DNA of 64,000 nt from an uncultured bacterium (GTDB lineage Bacteria; Fidelibacterota; Marinisomatia; Marinisomatales; AB-629-J13). Under the pieces are notes generated by a model that was not told where the DNA came from, made no database searches, and was given only the letters and a program-made list of their open reading frames with translations. Shown piece by piece: positions 9,145 to 18,107 of this stretch (its first letter is position 1; the number at the start of each line of letters is the position of its first letter). Location of the stretch: NCBI GenBank assembly GCA_964496365.1, contig CAZBZK010000002.1, positions 1,604-65,603 of the forward strand, given 5' to 3'. The position numbers and the translations under genes are program-made.

Positions 9145-10631
9145 ACCATAATTCCCGATGACATGACAATAATTAACGTGCTCCATTTTCCTAAAATATT
9201 TCCATGAATAGTAAAATAACTCATGGATTTAAATAAGGGTATTGACGACTTAAACACAACTCGCTCCCCCAACGATTTTCTTTCTTTAATTTTCCCTGTG
9301 GGTAAGATTATACCGGAAATACCAGTATTTGCACTCCGAACAATCGTCCTTCTATTTTCAATTGCTCTTAATTTGGCGATTTCGAAATGTTGAAAGGGTC
9401 CAGTGGTTTTACCCAACCAACCATCATTCGCTTGAATTGTGACAAATTCTGCTCCTTTTTTTACGAAGGTACGAACCACATCTGGTAAACTGGATTCAAA
9501 ACAAATCAAATTTGAAAATAAATGCCCCTTAATCATAAATTGTGTAAATTCGTTTCCGGAGCTAAAGTTCCCTTGTCCAAAATTTAAATCATTCAATTTT
9601 GGAAACCATTTTGACAATGGAACATATTCAGCAAACGGAACTAAATGCACCTTGTGATACATTTTATGGGGAGTACCGGGTTTAAAAAATATAGAACCAT
9701 TAAAATAACGATTTTGTCCTTTGTCATCCATATCTCTATCGATGGTTCCTGATAACAACGGGATACGTGAATCATTGACTTTTTTTTGGATAGGTTGTCG
9801 GTCTTTTCTCGATAATCTTAAATAAGAAGGTAATGCAGTTTCTGGCCATAAAACCATATCTGGTTTTAACTCCAATGCCTTATTCAATAAATCGTGCATG
9901 AGGTCGAAAGTAAACTGCCGTTTGTCTTTTTCCCATTTTTCATTTGGATCAATCGAGGGTTGCGTCACAGATATCGCTAAAGAATCAGAGGGTACATGTT
10001 CCTCAATTGATTTAATTTTTGCTTCACCTAGTATCCATAAACTAAAAACAATGATTCCAATGGATGAAAAATACACTATTTTGTTATGGGTAGTTTTCAC
10101 AGAATGGTAAAACAATACATTAAGTAATAAAATCCAAAGGGATATGCCTGAGGGACCACTCATATCCAATATTTGAATTAATGATAAGTATGAAGATTGA
10201 GTGAGTGCCAAATCCATCCATGAAAATCCTAAAGGACCGAAACTCCGTACCCATTCCATACTCACCCACAAAAACGGAACCAACCAAATAAAAAATTTTC
10301 CTTGATTTATTAAATACGTAAATCCTGTTGCAAATAATCCCCAATATATTGATAAATAAAGTACAGCCCCAATTAATGACAAAAACACAGGAATGACTCC
10401 TGCTCCACTATTAAATCCAATCCAGTACAGTGAAACGAAATGGGCAACCATTCCTGATAAATAACCGTATTTAAATGATTGAACCAAACCACAATCTTTT
10501 AAGCAAAACCATAAAGGTAAAAACCCAAACCATGCAACAAATCCAAACGGTAAAGGCGGGTAGGATATACCTATCAATAGTCCCGTCAAAATTGGAAATA
10601 AAAGGAATGTTCTCATGTTGGTATTCTGCAT
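9126..10631 (-). CDS. lnt: Apolipoprotein N-acyltransferase
   Basis: Polytopic N-terminal half followed by a CN-hydrolase domain (WPETALP, KVHLVPFAEYVP, ICFES). Confidence 0.85.
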   Translation of the reverse strand: MQNTNMRTFLLFPILTGLLIGISYPPLPFGFVAWFGFLPLWFCLKDCGLVQSFKYGYLSGMVAHFVSLYWIGFNSGAGVIPVFLSLIGAVLYLSIYWGLFATGFTYLINQGKFFIWLVPFLWVSMEWVRSFGPLGFSWMDLALTQSSYLSLIQILDMSGPSGISLWILLLNVLFYHSVKTTHNKIVYFSSIGIIVFSLWILGEAKIKSIEEHVPSDSLAISVTQPSIDPNEKWEKDKRQFTFDLMHDLLNKALELKPDMVLWPETALPSYLRLSRKDRQPIQKKVNDSRIPLLSGTIDRDMDDKGQNRYFNGSIFFKPGTPHKMYHKVHLVPFAEYVPLSKWFPKLNDLNFGQGNFSSGNEFTQFMIKGHLFSNLICFESSLPDVVRTFVKKGAEFVTIQANDGWLGKTTGPFQHFEIAKLRAIENRRTIVRSANTGISGIILPTGKIKERKSLGERVVFKSSIPLFKSMSYFTIHGNILGKWSTLIIVMSSGIMVWKTKR

Positions 10632-10646
10632 ACCTATCCCGTTTAA

Positions 10647-11078
10647 TTAAACCGCTGCACCCGCACCTCGATCAAGATAACTTTGTAGTATTAAAGCGGC
10701 TGCTGTTTGGTCAATTAAGTATTTATTTTTACCTGTATTTTTATTTTGATTAATAAGTTTTTTTTTTGCAATAACTGATGTTAGTCTTTCATCTTCAAGT
10801 ATTACTTTATATCCATTCCCTTTTAAATATTCTGAAAATTGTTTAGTTGATTTTGTTTGGTAAGTGTCTTTACCATTCATTCCTAATGGACACCCGATAA
10901 CGATGGTTTCTATTCCTTTTTTTTGGGTAATCGTATTAATTTCCGTTAATAAATATTGTGGTGATTTATTTTTGATGGTTGTCAAAGGTGATGCAATAAT
11001 TTGTAATGGGTCAGACACAGCAACACCTACTCTGCTGGAACCAAAGTCTAATCCCAAAATCCTGCCTTTTATTTCCAC
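10647..11078 (-). CDS. ruvX: Putative pre-16S rRNA nuclease / Holliday-junction-resolvase-like YqgF
   Basis: ILGLDFGSSRVGVAVSD, DERLTS, 143 aa. Confidence 0.85.
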   Translation of the reverse strand: MEIKGRILGLDFGSSRVGVAVSDPLQIIASPLTTIKNKSPQYLLTEINTITQKKGIETIVIGCPLGMNGKDTYQTKSTKQFSEYLKGNGYKVILEDERLTSVIAKKKLINQNKNTGKNKYLIDQTAAALILQSYLDRGAGAAV

Positions 11079-11081
11079 GGT

Positions 11082-13280
11082 TTATCTTCCCATTCTCTCT
11101 ACCGTATCCACTCCTCGAACTATGGAAATCTTTTTTATGACACGGTCTAATTGTCTAAGGTTTCGTACTTGAATAATGATAATCATTTTCGCAATTCCGT
11201 GCATTGTCTTTAAATCTAAACTGGTAATATTTACATTGAGACCGGATATACATTCAGTCAATTCTTTTAATGTACCTTTACGATCAACACCAGTAACCTT
11301 TAATCTAACATTGAAATGTTCTTTACGTCCAACATCCCATTCCACCGGTACTAATCGATCAGATTCTTTCTGCAATAACGGCAAACTTTTACAAGAGGAT
11401 TGATGAACAGTTATCCCTCTGCCACGAGTCACAAATCCAACCATCTCATCCCCAGGAATTGGATCACAACATTTTCCAAAATGAACCATCAAATCGGTTA
11501 TGCCCTGAAGTTTGATCCCTTTGGTTTTTGAACGAGCACTATTGATAAATTTTTCATTTAATTTAGCTTCACTTTCGTTGGAGGTAACTTCGGTTTTAGG
11601 GTTTAGCTTTCTAATAATTTTCTTAACGGTGAGTTTACCGTTCCCAATAGCTTCCAATAATTCGTTTTTGGTTTTATAACCAAATTCTGAGTGAGATTCG
11701 TTAACTTTTTTAAGTAAAGAAATTAATTTATTTCGTCTTAATGACTTTTCCAGTATTTCGGATCCAATATGAATGCATTCTTCCCGTCGAGCTGATTTTA
11801 AATATCGGTTTATATGGGTACGGGCTTTTGAAGTCACAGCAATTTTTAACCAACCATAGCTAGGTTTTTGAGTGTTGGAGGTTAGGATTTCAACCCGATC
11901 ACCATTGTTTAAAACCGTATTGAGCGGAACGACCTTATGATTGATTTTTGAGCCCAAACAATGGAGACCAATTTGAGTGTGAATTTGAAATGCAAAATCA
12001 AGCGGAGTTGCATTTTTAGGAAGTTGTACCAAATCTCCTTTTGGTGTAAATACAAAAATTTCATCATCGAATAAGTCAATTTTTAGTAAGTGCATAAATT
12101 CATTTGGATCCGTCGTTTCACTTTGAAGAATATCAATTAAGTCTCGTAACCATTTCACATTCCCATCCAAACCTGATGCATCGGTTTTTCCTTCTTTATA
12201 ACGCCAATGAGCAGCCACTCCAATTTCAGCTGTTTTATCCATATTTCTCGTTCTAATTTGAATCTCAACCATGTTGCCATTGGGTCCAATTACGGTTGTG
12301 TGAATGGATTGATATCCATTTGATTTTGGAGTTGCTACAAAATCTTTAAATCTTTCCTGTACCGGAGAATACAACTGATGAATCACCCCTAAAACAAAGT
12401 AACAATCCTCCAATTTATCCACCAATACTCGGATGGCATAAAGATCGTATAATTCTTCAAACGTTTTATGTCTTTTGACCATTTTTCCATAAATCGAAAA
12501 TATGGATTTTGGTCTTCCAAAAATATCAGAATTCAGCTGAAAGGAATCCAATTCTTTTGAAACCGGGGAAATGATTTGATCAATGACTTTCTCCCGTTGT
12601 CTTTTGGTCGCTTTTAACTTTGTTTTTATTTCTTTAAAATGTTTTGGATGAAGAATCTCCATGACTAAATCTTCTAACTCCCATTTCACAGATGCCATTC
12701 CCAAACGATGAGCAAGTGGCACATAAACATCACGAGTCTCTCTGGCAATGCGATGCTGTTTTAATCGACTCATATATTGAAGGGTTTTCATATTATGAAG
12801 TCGATCTGCAAATTTAATCATGACCACTCGGAGGTCTTTGGCAACAGACAGTAACAATTTCATAAAATTTCCCGCTTGTTTTTCCAGTCTGGTAGTAAAC
12901 TCAATGTGTCCTAATTTTGTAACCCCATCCACCATTTGTGCAACATCCTCCCCGAATAATTTAGAAATTTGGTTCAGAGAAATATTTGAATCTTCAACCG
13001 TATCATGAAGGAGACCGCCAATAATTGTATTATGATCCATTTTCCAATCAGCTAAAATATGTGCAACACTCACACAATGTTCAGTAAAATAAGGTTTCCC
13101 CGACAGTCTTTTTTGCCCCGTATGGCACGACTCACCAAACTCAAATGCCCTCCACAACAATTGTTTTAACTCCTCTTCAGGTGTAACAGAAGAAGGGGAA
13201 ATTTTATTAAATAAAGCTAAAAATGACTTGGGGTATTCTCCAATAATTTGAGGAATAAAACGGCTCAGAGCATTCGCCAT
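11082..13280 (-). CDS. Bifunctional (p)ppGpp synthetase/hydrolase (RelA/SpoT family)
   Basis: HD hydrolase domain (GLLHDTVEDS), synthetase domain (YQSIHTTV), TGS domain (VFTPKGD) and a C-terminal ACT domain. 732 aa. Confidence 0.9.
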   Translation of the reverse strand: MANALSRFIPQIIGEYPKSFLALFNKISPSSVTPEEELKQLLWRAFEFGESCHTGQKRLSGKPYFTEHCVSVAHILADWKMDHNTIIGGLLHDTVEDSNISLNQISKLFGEDVAQMVDGVTKLGHIEFTTRLEKQAGNFMKLLLSVAKDLRVVMIKFADRLHNMKTLQYMSRLKQHRIARETRDVYVPLAHRLGMASVKWELEDLVMEILHPKHFKEIKTKLKATKRQREKVIDQIISPVSKELDSFQLNSDIFGRPKSIFSIYGKMVKRHKTFEELYDLYAIRVLVDKLEDCYFVLGVIHQLYSPVQERFKDFVATPKSNGYQSIHTTVIGPNGNMVEIQIRTRNMDKTAEIGVAAHWRYKEGKTDASGLDGNVKWLRDLIDILQSETTDPNEFMHLLKIDLFDDEIFVFTPKGDLVQLPKNATPLDFAFQIHTQIGLHCLGSKINHKVVPLNTVLNNGDRVEILTSNTQKPSYGWLKIAVTSKARTHINRYLKSARREECIHIGSEILEKSLRRNKLISLLKKVNESHSEFGYKTKNELLEAIGNGKLTVKKIIRKLNPKTEVTSNESEAKLNEKFINSARSKTKGIKLQGITDLMVHFGKCCDPIPGDEMVGFVTRGRGITVHQSSCKSLPLLQKESDRLVPVEWDVGRKEHFNVRLKVTGVDRKGTLKELTECISGLNVNITSLDLKTMHGIAKMIIIIQVRNLRQLDRVIKKISIVRGVDTVERMGR

Positions 13281-14641
13281 TAAAATGGAACCTGTACTTC
13301 TTCTTCATGAAATGACAAATCTTCAAAACTAGTATGTTTTGAAATAAAGGTTGCCAATACCGTTCGAACCGGTCCGTTTCTCTGTTTTGCGATATTTATG
13401 TGTACTTTTCCGTCGTCCGAATCTTCCTGAGTATAGACAAATGGACGATAAAGAAAAATGACCACATCAGCATCTTGTTCAATCGCTCCACTCTCTCTCA
13501 GATCTGACAATACCGGACGGCGGTCGCTTCGGTTTTCTACTGCTCTGGATAATTGAGATAATGCAATGACAGGAAGATTCAATTCCTTTGCTAATCCTTT
13601 CAATGACCGAGAAATACTGGAAATTTCTTGCTGACGGCTCTCGGATTGAGGTCCCTGCATGAGTTGTAAATAATCTACGACGATGAGACCCACATCTTTT
13701 TCAGCTTTTAGTCTTCTCGCTTTCGCACGTAATTCCAAAATAGAAATCCCCGCAGTATCATCCAGAAAAATTGGAGCTTCCGCTAAGGTTCCCACATTTG
13801 TACTTAAATTTTTATATTGCACATTTGGCAGCCGTCCTGTTCGAACCAAATGACTGTCCACTTTCGCCTCGGTGCATAGTAACCTCATTGCCAACTGATT
13901 ATTCGCCATTTCTAAACTGAAAAATCCAATCCCTACTTCATGATCGACAGCAGCATTTCTTGCAATATTTAATGCTAATGCGGTTTTACCCATAGAGGGA
14001 CGTCCTGCCAGGACAATCAAATCTCCGGGATGGAAACCGGCAGTTACTTCATCTAAATCGGTCAACCCCGATGGTACTCCAATAACGGTTCCCTTCTTTG
14101 CAGCAATGGCATCTATTTGTTCGAATGATTCATATAAAACTTTTTCTATGGGTTGAAACCCTCCCTTCAAACCAGTTTGAGTGATGGCAAAAATGGATTG
14201 TTCGACCCTATCCAAAATATCCTCTGCTTTCCTATGGTCGTCATACGCTTCATTGGATAATTCTTGAGCGACATGAATTAGTTGCCTTAATAATGATTTT
14301 TCAAGTACAATCTTGGAGTAACTTTCAACATTCGCTGTGGTTGGTATGGATTCAACCAATCCCGTTAGGAAATAAGCCCCTCCAACTGACTCTAAAATTT
14401 TCTGTTTTTTCAGACTATCAGAGATTGAAATAGTATCGATTTGCTCGTTATTGTTAAATAATTCAACCATGGATGCAAATATTTTCTGATGAGCCGGTTT
14501 ATAAAAGTGATTGGGTTTTAACCATTGCAGTGCCTTACTTACCGCTTCTCGACTAGACAACATGGATCCTAATACTGCTTCCTCAGCTTCAAGGGAACGT
14601 GGTGGAGCTTTCATGGATTGAGTATTTTTTTCTGCTGACAT
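13280..14641 (-). CDS. dnaB: Replicative DNA helicase
   Basis: PRSLEAEEAVLGSML, Walker A motif GRPSMGKTALALN, VVDYLQLM. Normal length, so no intein. Confidence 0.95.
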   Translation of the reverse strand: MSAEKNTQSMKAPPRSLEAEEAVLGSMLSSREAVSKALQWLKPNHFYKPAHQKIFASMVELFNNNEQIDTISISDSLKKQKILESVGGAYFLTGLVESIPTTANVESYSKIVLEKSLLRQLIHVAQELSNEAYDDHRKAEDILDRVEQSIFAITQTGLKGGFQPIEKVLYESFEQIDAIAAKKGTVIGVPSGLTDLDEVTAGFHPGDLIVLAGRPSMGKTALALNIARNAAVDHEVGIGFFSLEMANNQLAMRLLCTEAKVDSHLVRTGRLPNVQYKNLSTNVGTLAEAPIFLDDTAGISILELRAKARRLKAEKDVGLIVVDYLQLMQGPQSESRQQEISSISRSLKGLAKELNLPVIALSQLSRAVENRSDRRPVLSDLRESGAIEQDADVVIFLYRPFVYTQEDSDDGKVHINIAKQRNGPVRTVLATFISKHTSFEDLSFHEEEVQVPF

Positions 14642-14646
14642 TTTCC

Positions 14647-15327
14647 TTATTGATGGATAAAATCTCTAATAAATTGAAAATCAGCCCATGCGTATTTTTT
14701 TAAATTTGAATTTCGTAATAAGGCGGCGGGATGATAGGTGACTAAAAGTGGGGTTCCATGGTAATCGTGTAAAGTTTCTCGCATTGACTTTAGGCTGTCT
14801 TTGTTTTTTAGTAATGTGGTTGCAGCGACTCTTCCTAATGCAACCACAAGTTTAGGTTTAATCAAGTGAATTTGATGCAAAAGATACCGCTCACATTGTT
14901 CAACTTCTTCAGGCAATGGGTCACGATTTTCTGGAGGACGACATTTTAATACATTGCAAATATACACGTTTTTTAATCTTGTCATATTAATTGCGGATAA
15001 AATTTTATCCAGCAGTTTTCCTCCCCTTCCCACAAAGGGTTCACCCTTCAAATCTTCATCCCTCCCGGGAGCTTCCCCTACTAAGAGCAAATCTGCGTGA
15101 GGATCTCCAACACCAAACACAAATTTGTTTCTTTGTTCTCCCAGTTTGCAATTTAAACAAGTGGATATAGATTCACCAAATTCCACTAAATCGGATGGGA
15201 ATTTTGAATTTACTGTATTGTATTCACTTCCTTCTTGAAATTCAGTTTTATACAACGTGGGTCCAAAAATATCTTTGGTTTGTTTCAAAAAACGAATTGC
15301 ATCATTTCGAAGTGAAGATTCTGCCAT
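14647..15327 (-). CDS. Uracil-DNA glycosylase, family 4
   Basis: GEAPGRDEDLKGEPFVGRGGKLL, Cys ligand contexts (CLNCKL, CNVLKCRPP), and HPAALLRN. Confidence 0.85.
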   Translation of the reverse strand: MAESSLRNDAIRFLKQTKDIFGPTLYKTEFQEGSEYNTVNSKFPSDLVEFGESISTCLNCKLGEQRNKFVFGVGDPHADLLLVGEAPGRDEDLKGEPFVGRGGKLLDKILSAINMTRLKNVYICNVLKCRPPENRDPLPEEVEQCERYLLHQIHLIKPKLVVALGRVAATTLLKNKDSLKSMRETLHDYHGTPLLVTYHPAALLRNSNLKKYAWADFQFIRDFIHQ

Positions 15328-15611
15328 TACTTTTGCAATAGTTCGGATTCCAAAGGTTTATTCCATTGCAAATCACCTTCCAAAAATTCTTCCACCGCAA
15401 TACTGGAAGGTTTTTCTAAAATTTCCGATGATTTTTCGTCGGGATAGTCATCCAACACTCCAAATTCTTCTTCTGAAGATTCACGCATTACTTTTTCAAC
15501 AAGACGGTCTCGCAATATTTGTCGTGCCCGTTGTGAAATAACAACCACAGCTTCATAGATATTAGTGGTTTTGGATTCTATGTCTTTGAATGAAATGGAT
15601 TTAATATTCAT
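15327..15611 (-). CDS. rpoZ: DNA-directed RNA polymerase subunit omega
   Basis: NIYEAVVVISQRARQI. 94 aa. The gmk-rpoZ neighbourhood is conserved. Confidence 0.8.
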   Translation of the reverse strand: MNIKSISFKDIESKTTNIYEAVVVISQRARQILRDRLVEKVMRESSEEEFGVLDDYPDEKSSEILEKPSSIAVEEFLEGDLQWNKPLESELLQK

Positions 15612-16176
15612 GTATTTTTCCTTTAAGTTCAGTTAATATAATTTGTTTTAATTCTTGGATCGCTTCTGCTAAATCATCGTTTACAAAATTTGCATCAAAC
15701 ATTTTCCCATATTCGAGTTCCATGTGGATGCGGGTTAATCTCTTTTTGATTAATTCTTTATCATCTGTCCCCCTTCCCTCCAGTCGTGTTTGCAAGGAAT
15801 CCTTGGATGGTGGTTTTACAAAAATAGATAATGTGTGTTCCGGATAAAGAGATTTAATTGCCATGGCACCTTTAACGTCCAACTCCAATAAAAGCGGTTT
15901 CCCATGTAAAATGGATGATTCTAATTCATCCTTCATGGTACCATAAAATTGCCCATGGACATCTTCAAATTCTGCAAATTGTCCCCTTTTTATTTTGGAT
16001 TGAAAATGTTCGTGACTTATAAAGTGGTAATCCACTCCGTCTATTTCAGTTTCTCTTTGTGCTCTAGTTGTACAAGAAACTGAAAAACTTAATTCTGGTA
16101 ATTCTTTTAAAATTGCTTTACATAATGTTGACTTTCCCGTCCCAGATGGTGCGGATAATGTATATAAAATTTTCAT
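15601..16176 (-). CDS. gmk: Guanylate kinase
   Basis: P-loop SAPSGTGKSTL, TTRAQRETEIDGVDYHF. Confidence 0.9.
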   Translation of the reverse strand: MKILYTLSAPSGTGKSTLCKAILKELPELSFSVSCTTRAQRETEIDGVDYHFISHEHFQSKIKRGQFAEFEDVHGQFYGTMKDELESSILHGKPLLLELDVKGAMAIKSLYPEHTLSIFVKPPSKDSLQTRLEGRGTDDKELIKKRLTRIHMELEYGKMFDANFVNDDLAEAIQELKQIILTELKGKIHEY

Positions 16177-17036
16177 AAAATATTTTGAATTTGTTCTCTA
16201 ATTTTATCTACGATGGACTTCATATTTATCACATCTCGACTCACATCAACATCCGATGATTTTACGCCCAAAGTATTGATTTCCCGATTTAGTTCTTGTG
16301 CGAGAAAATTCATCCTTTTACCTACTGGTTCATCCAATTGAATCAATTGTTTAAATTGTTCAGCATGACTCAAACTTCTGGAAATTTCCTCACTCACATC
16401 AGATTTATCGGCCAAAATGGCTATTTCCATATTCATCCTGGATTCATCTATTGGAATCCCATCAAGTAATCCTTGAATTTTTTCCCTGTATTTCTGGATT
16501 TTTTTTTCAAATATTCCTGAGGTTTTTTCTCTCAGTCCGGTAATTATCTCTATAATTTCATCGAGCAATATTGTGATATCTTCCGCAGTTTTTTCTCCTT
16601 CTTTTTTTCTCATAATATCCACTTGAATAATTGCATTTTCTATGGCTTTCATTACCGGTGAATAATCAATTTGTTTTTCTCGATTATCTACAAATATATC
16701 TTTGGATGAAATAACGTCTGCTATATTCAAATGTCTTCCATATTTTTTTTGGATTGTGGATAATATATAATCAATCTGTTCAAATCGATTTTGATTAAAT
16801 TTTATATTGTCCTTTCCATTGAGTTCACCATCCAGATTAATATTCAATTGAATACTCCCTCTTTCCAATTTTTCCCTAATCAATTTCCGGATAGGGATAT
16901 CTAAATCAGGATATCCATCAATTCCGGATAACTTAAAATCCAAATATTTTGAATTGAGCGTTCTCAAAGAAACGGTACATTCCCCTTCGTTAAAGGGGGA
17001 GGACCCTTGTCCATACCCGGTCATGCTTTTAATCAT
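16173..17036 (-). CDS. yicC: YicC-family stress-induced protein
   Basis: N-terminus SMTGYGQG, C-terminus EINTLGVKS...KSIVDKIREQIQNI. Confidence 0.85.
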   Translation of the reverse strand: MIKSMTGYGQGSSPFNEGECTVSLRTLNSKYLDFKLSGIDGYPDLDIPIRKLIREKLERGSIQLNINLDGELNGKDNIKFNQNRFEQIDYILSTIQKKYGRHLNIADVISSKDIFVDNREKQIDYSPVMKAIENAIIQVDIMRKKEGEKTAEDITILLDEIIEIITGLREKTSGIFEKKIQKYREKIQGLLDGIPIDESRMNMEIAILADKSDVSEEISRSLSHAEQFKQLIQLDEPVGKRMNFLAQELNREINTLGVKSSDVDVSRDVINMKSIVDKIREQIQNIL

Positions 17037-17103
17037 TTATTATTCCCATTACAGCCTCGAAAATTATTAACATATTTCCACCCATTCAATGTTTTAATTC
17101 TCC

Positions 17104-18087
17104 TTATTGAAACCATTTTTTCAACCGTTTTACATCGAAATTGAATGAGATTATATGTTGATTAATTTGGCTGACACCGCCAATGGAATTCATTGAATAA
17201 TTGATGGACGTTTTACCCGAAGCAATACTAAATCCAAATGCAAATTTATTCCGACCAGACCTTCCGAATCTCAATGCACAGGCATTTTGAATATTCACTT
17301 CAACTCCATAGCGGTACATTCCACCATGTTCTAAAATATTAAAATCGTCATCCAACGTTCTGGTTTTAAATTTTAGACCTCCATCCATAAAAAGATTTAC
17401 CTCATACCATTCTTCTTGAAAAACAGGAGTAATGCTTCCTCCGAGGAATATTTCAGGATACAAATGATAGGATATATCTGACGACCAATTAATCGGAATT
17501 ATTTCAATATTTTTTATTTCGAGTCCAAGTGAAAATGATGACCCCCAACTTCTAAAAATACCCGATTTTATAGACATACCATACCCAGTCTCATCTAACA
17601 AGGACGTAATAATTGAATTCATTCCAAAACCTATATTCCATTGTTTCCATTTCATTGATTGGTGAATCATCACCACAAACCGGTGTTGGCTGAATGCGGT
17701 TATATGTTTGACATCCAATCTATCGTCCCCATTCAGTTCTCCGTCTCCATTGAAGTCCAACAAAGCGTTTCGAGTATCGGGGATATCAAATACACCTTCA
17801 TGAACAAAAATAATATTTAGTGGATAGGAATTGAATCGGTAGGCTATTATTTCTCTTGTAATTGAATTAGAAAATCCTCCTTCACTCGAAAATAATAATC
17901 TTCCATTGGAAAATTGATTCAAACGGGCAGGGTTTATCATTCCCGCATCTTGAGAAAATTTAGCTCCTGTAACCGCATTGCCGATGCCCATAGAAGATGC
18001 ATCACTGAGGATGGGATAAATTGAATTTCCCTTCAAATTAATTGCCATTTGAATCAGAAAAAACAGAAGAATAATACCCTTATTCAT
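17104..18087 (-). CDS. Putative outer-membrane beta-barrel protein (PorV/PorQ-like N-terminal motif)
   Basis: Signal peptide; SSMGIGNAVTGAKFSQDAGMINPARL resembles the G-M-G-x-A...NPA-x-L motif of PorV/PorQ-type barrels. Alternating beta-strand pattern and a C-terminal aromatic residue (KKWFQ). Confidence 0.35.
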   Translation of the reverse strand: MNKGIILLFFLIQMAINLKGNSIYPILSDASSMGIGNAVTGAKFSQDAGMINPARLNQFSNGRLLFSSEGGFSNSITREIIAYRFNSYPLNIIFVHEGVFDIPDTRNALLDFNGDGELNGDDRLDVKHITAFSQHRFVVMIHQSMKWKQWNIGFGMNSIITSLLDETGYGMSIKSGIFRSWGSSFSLGLEIKNIEIIPINWSSDISYHLYPEIFLGGSITPVFQEEWYEVNLFMDGGLKFKTRTLDDDFNILEHGGMYRYGVEVNIQNACALRFGRSGRNKFAFGFSIASGKTSINYSMNSIGGVSQINQHIISFNFDVKRLKKWFQ

Positions 18088-18107
18088 ATTAATTCAAATC
18101 GACTTGT

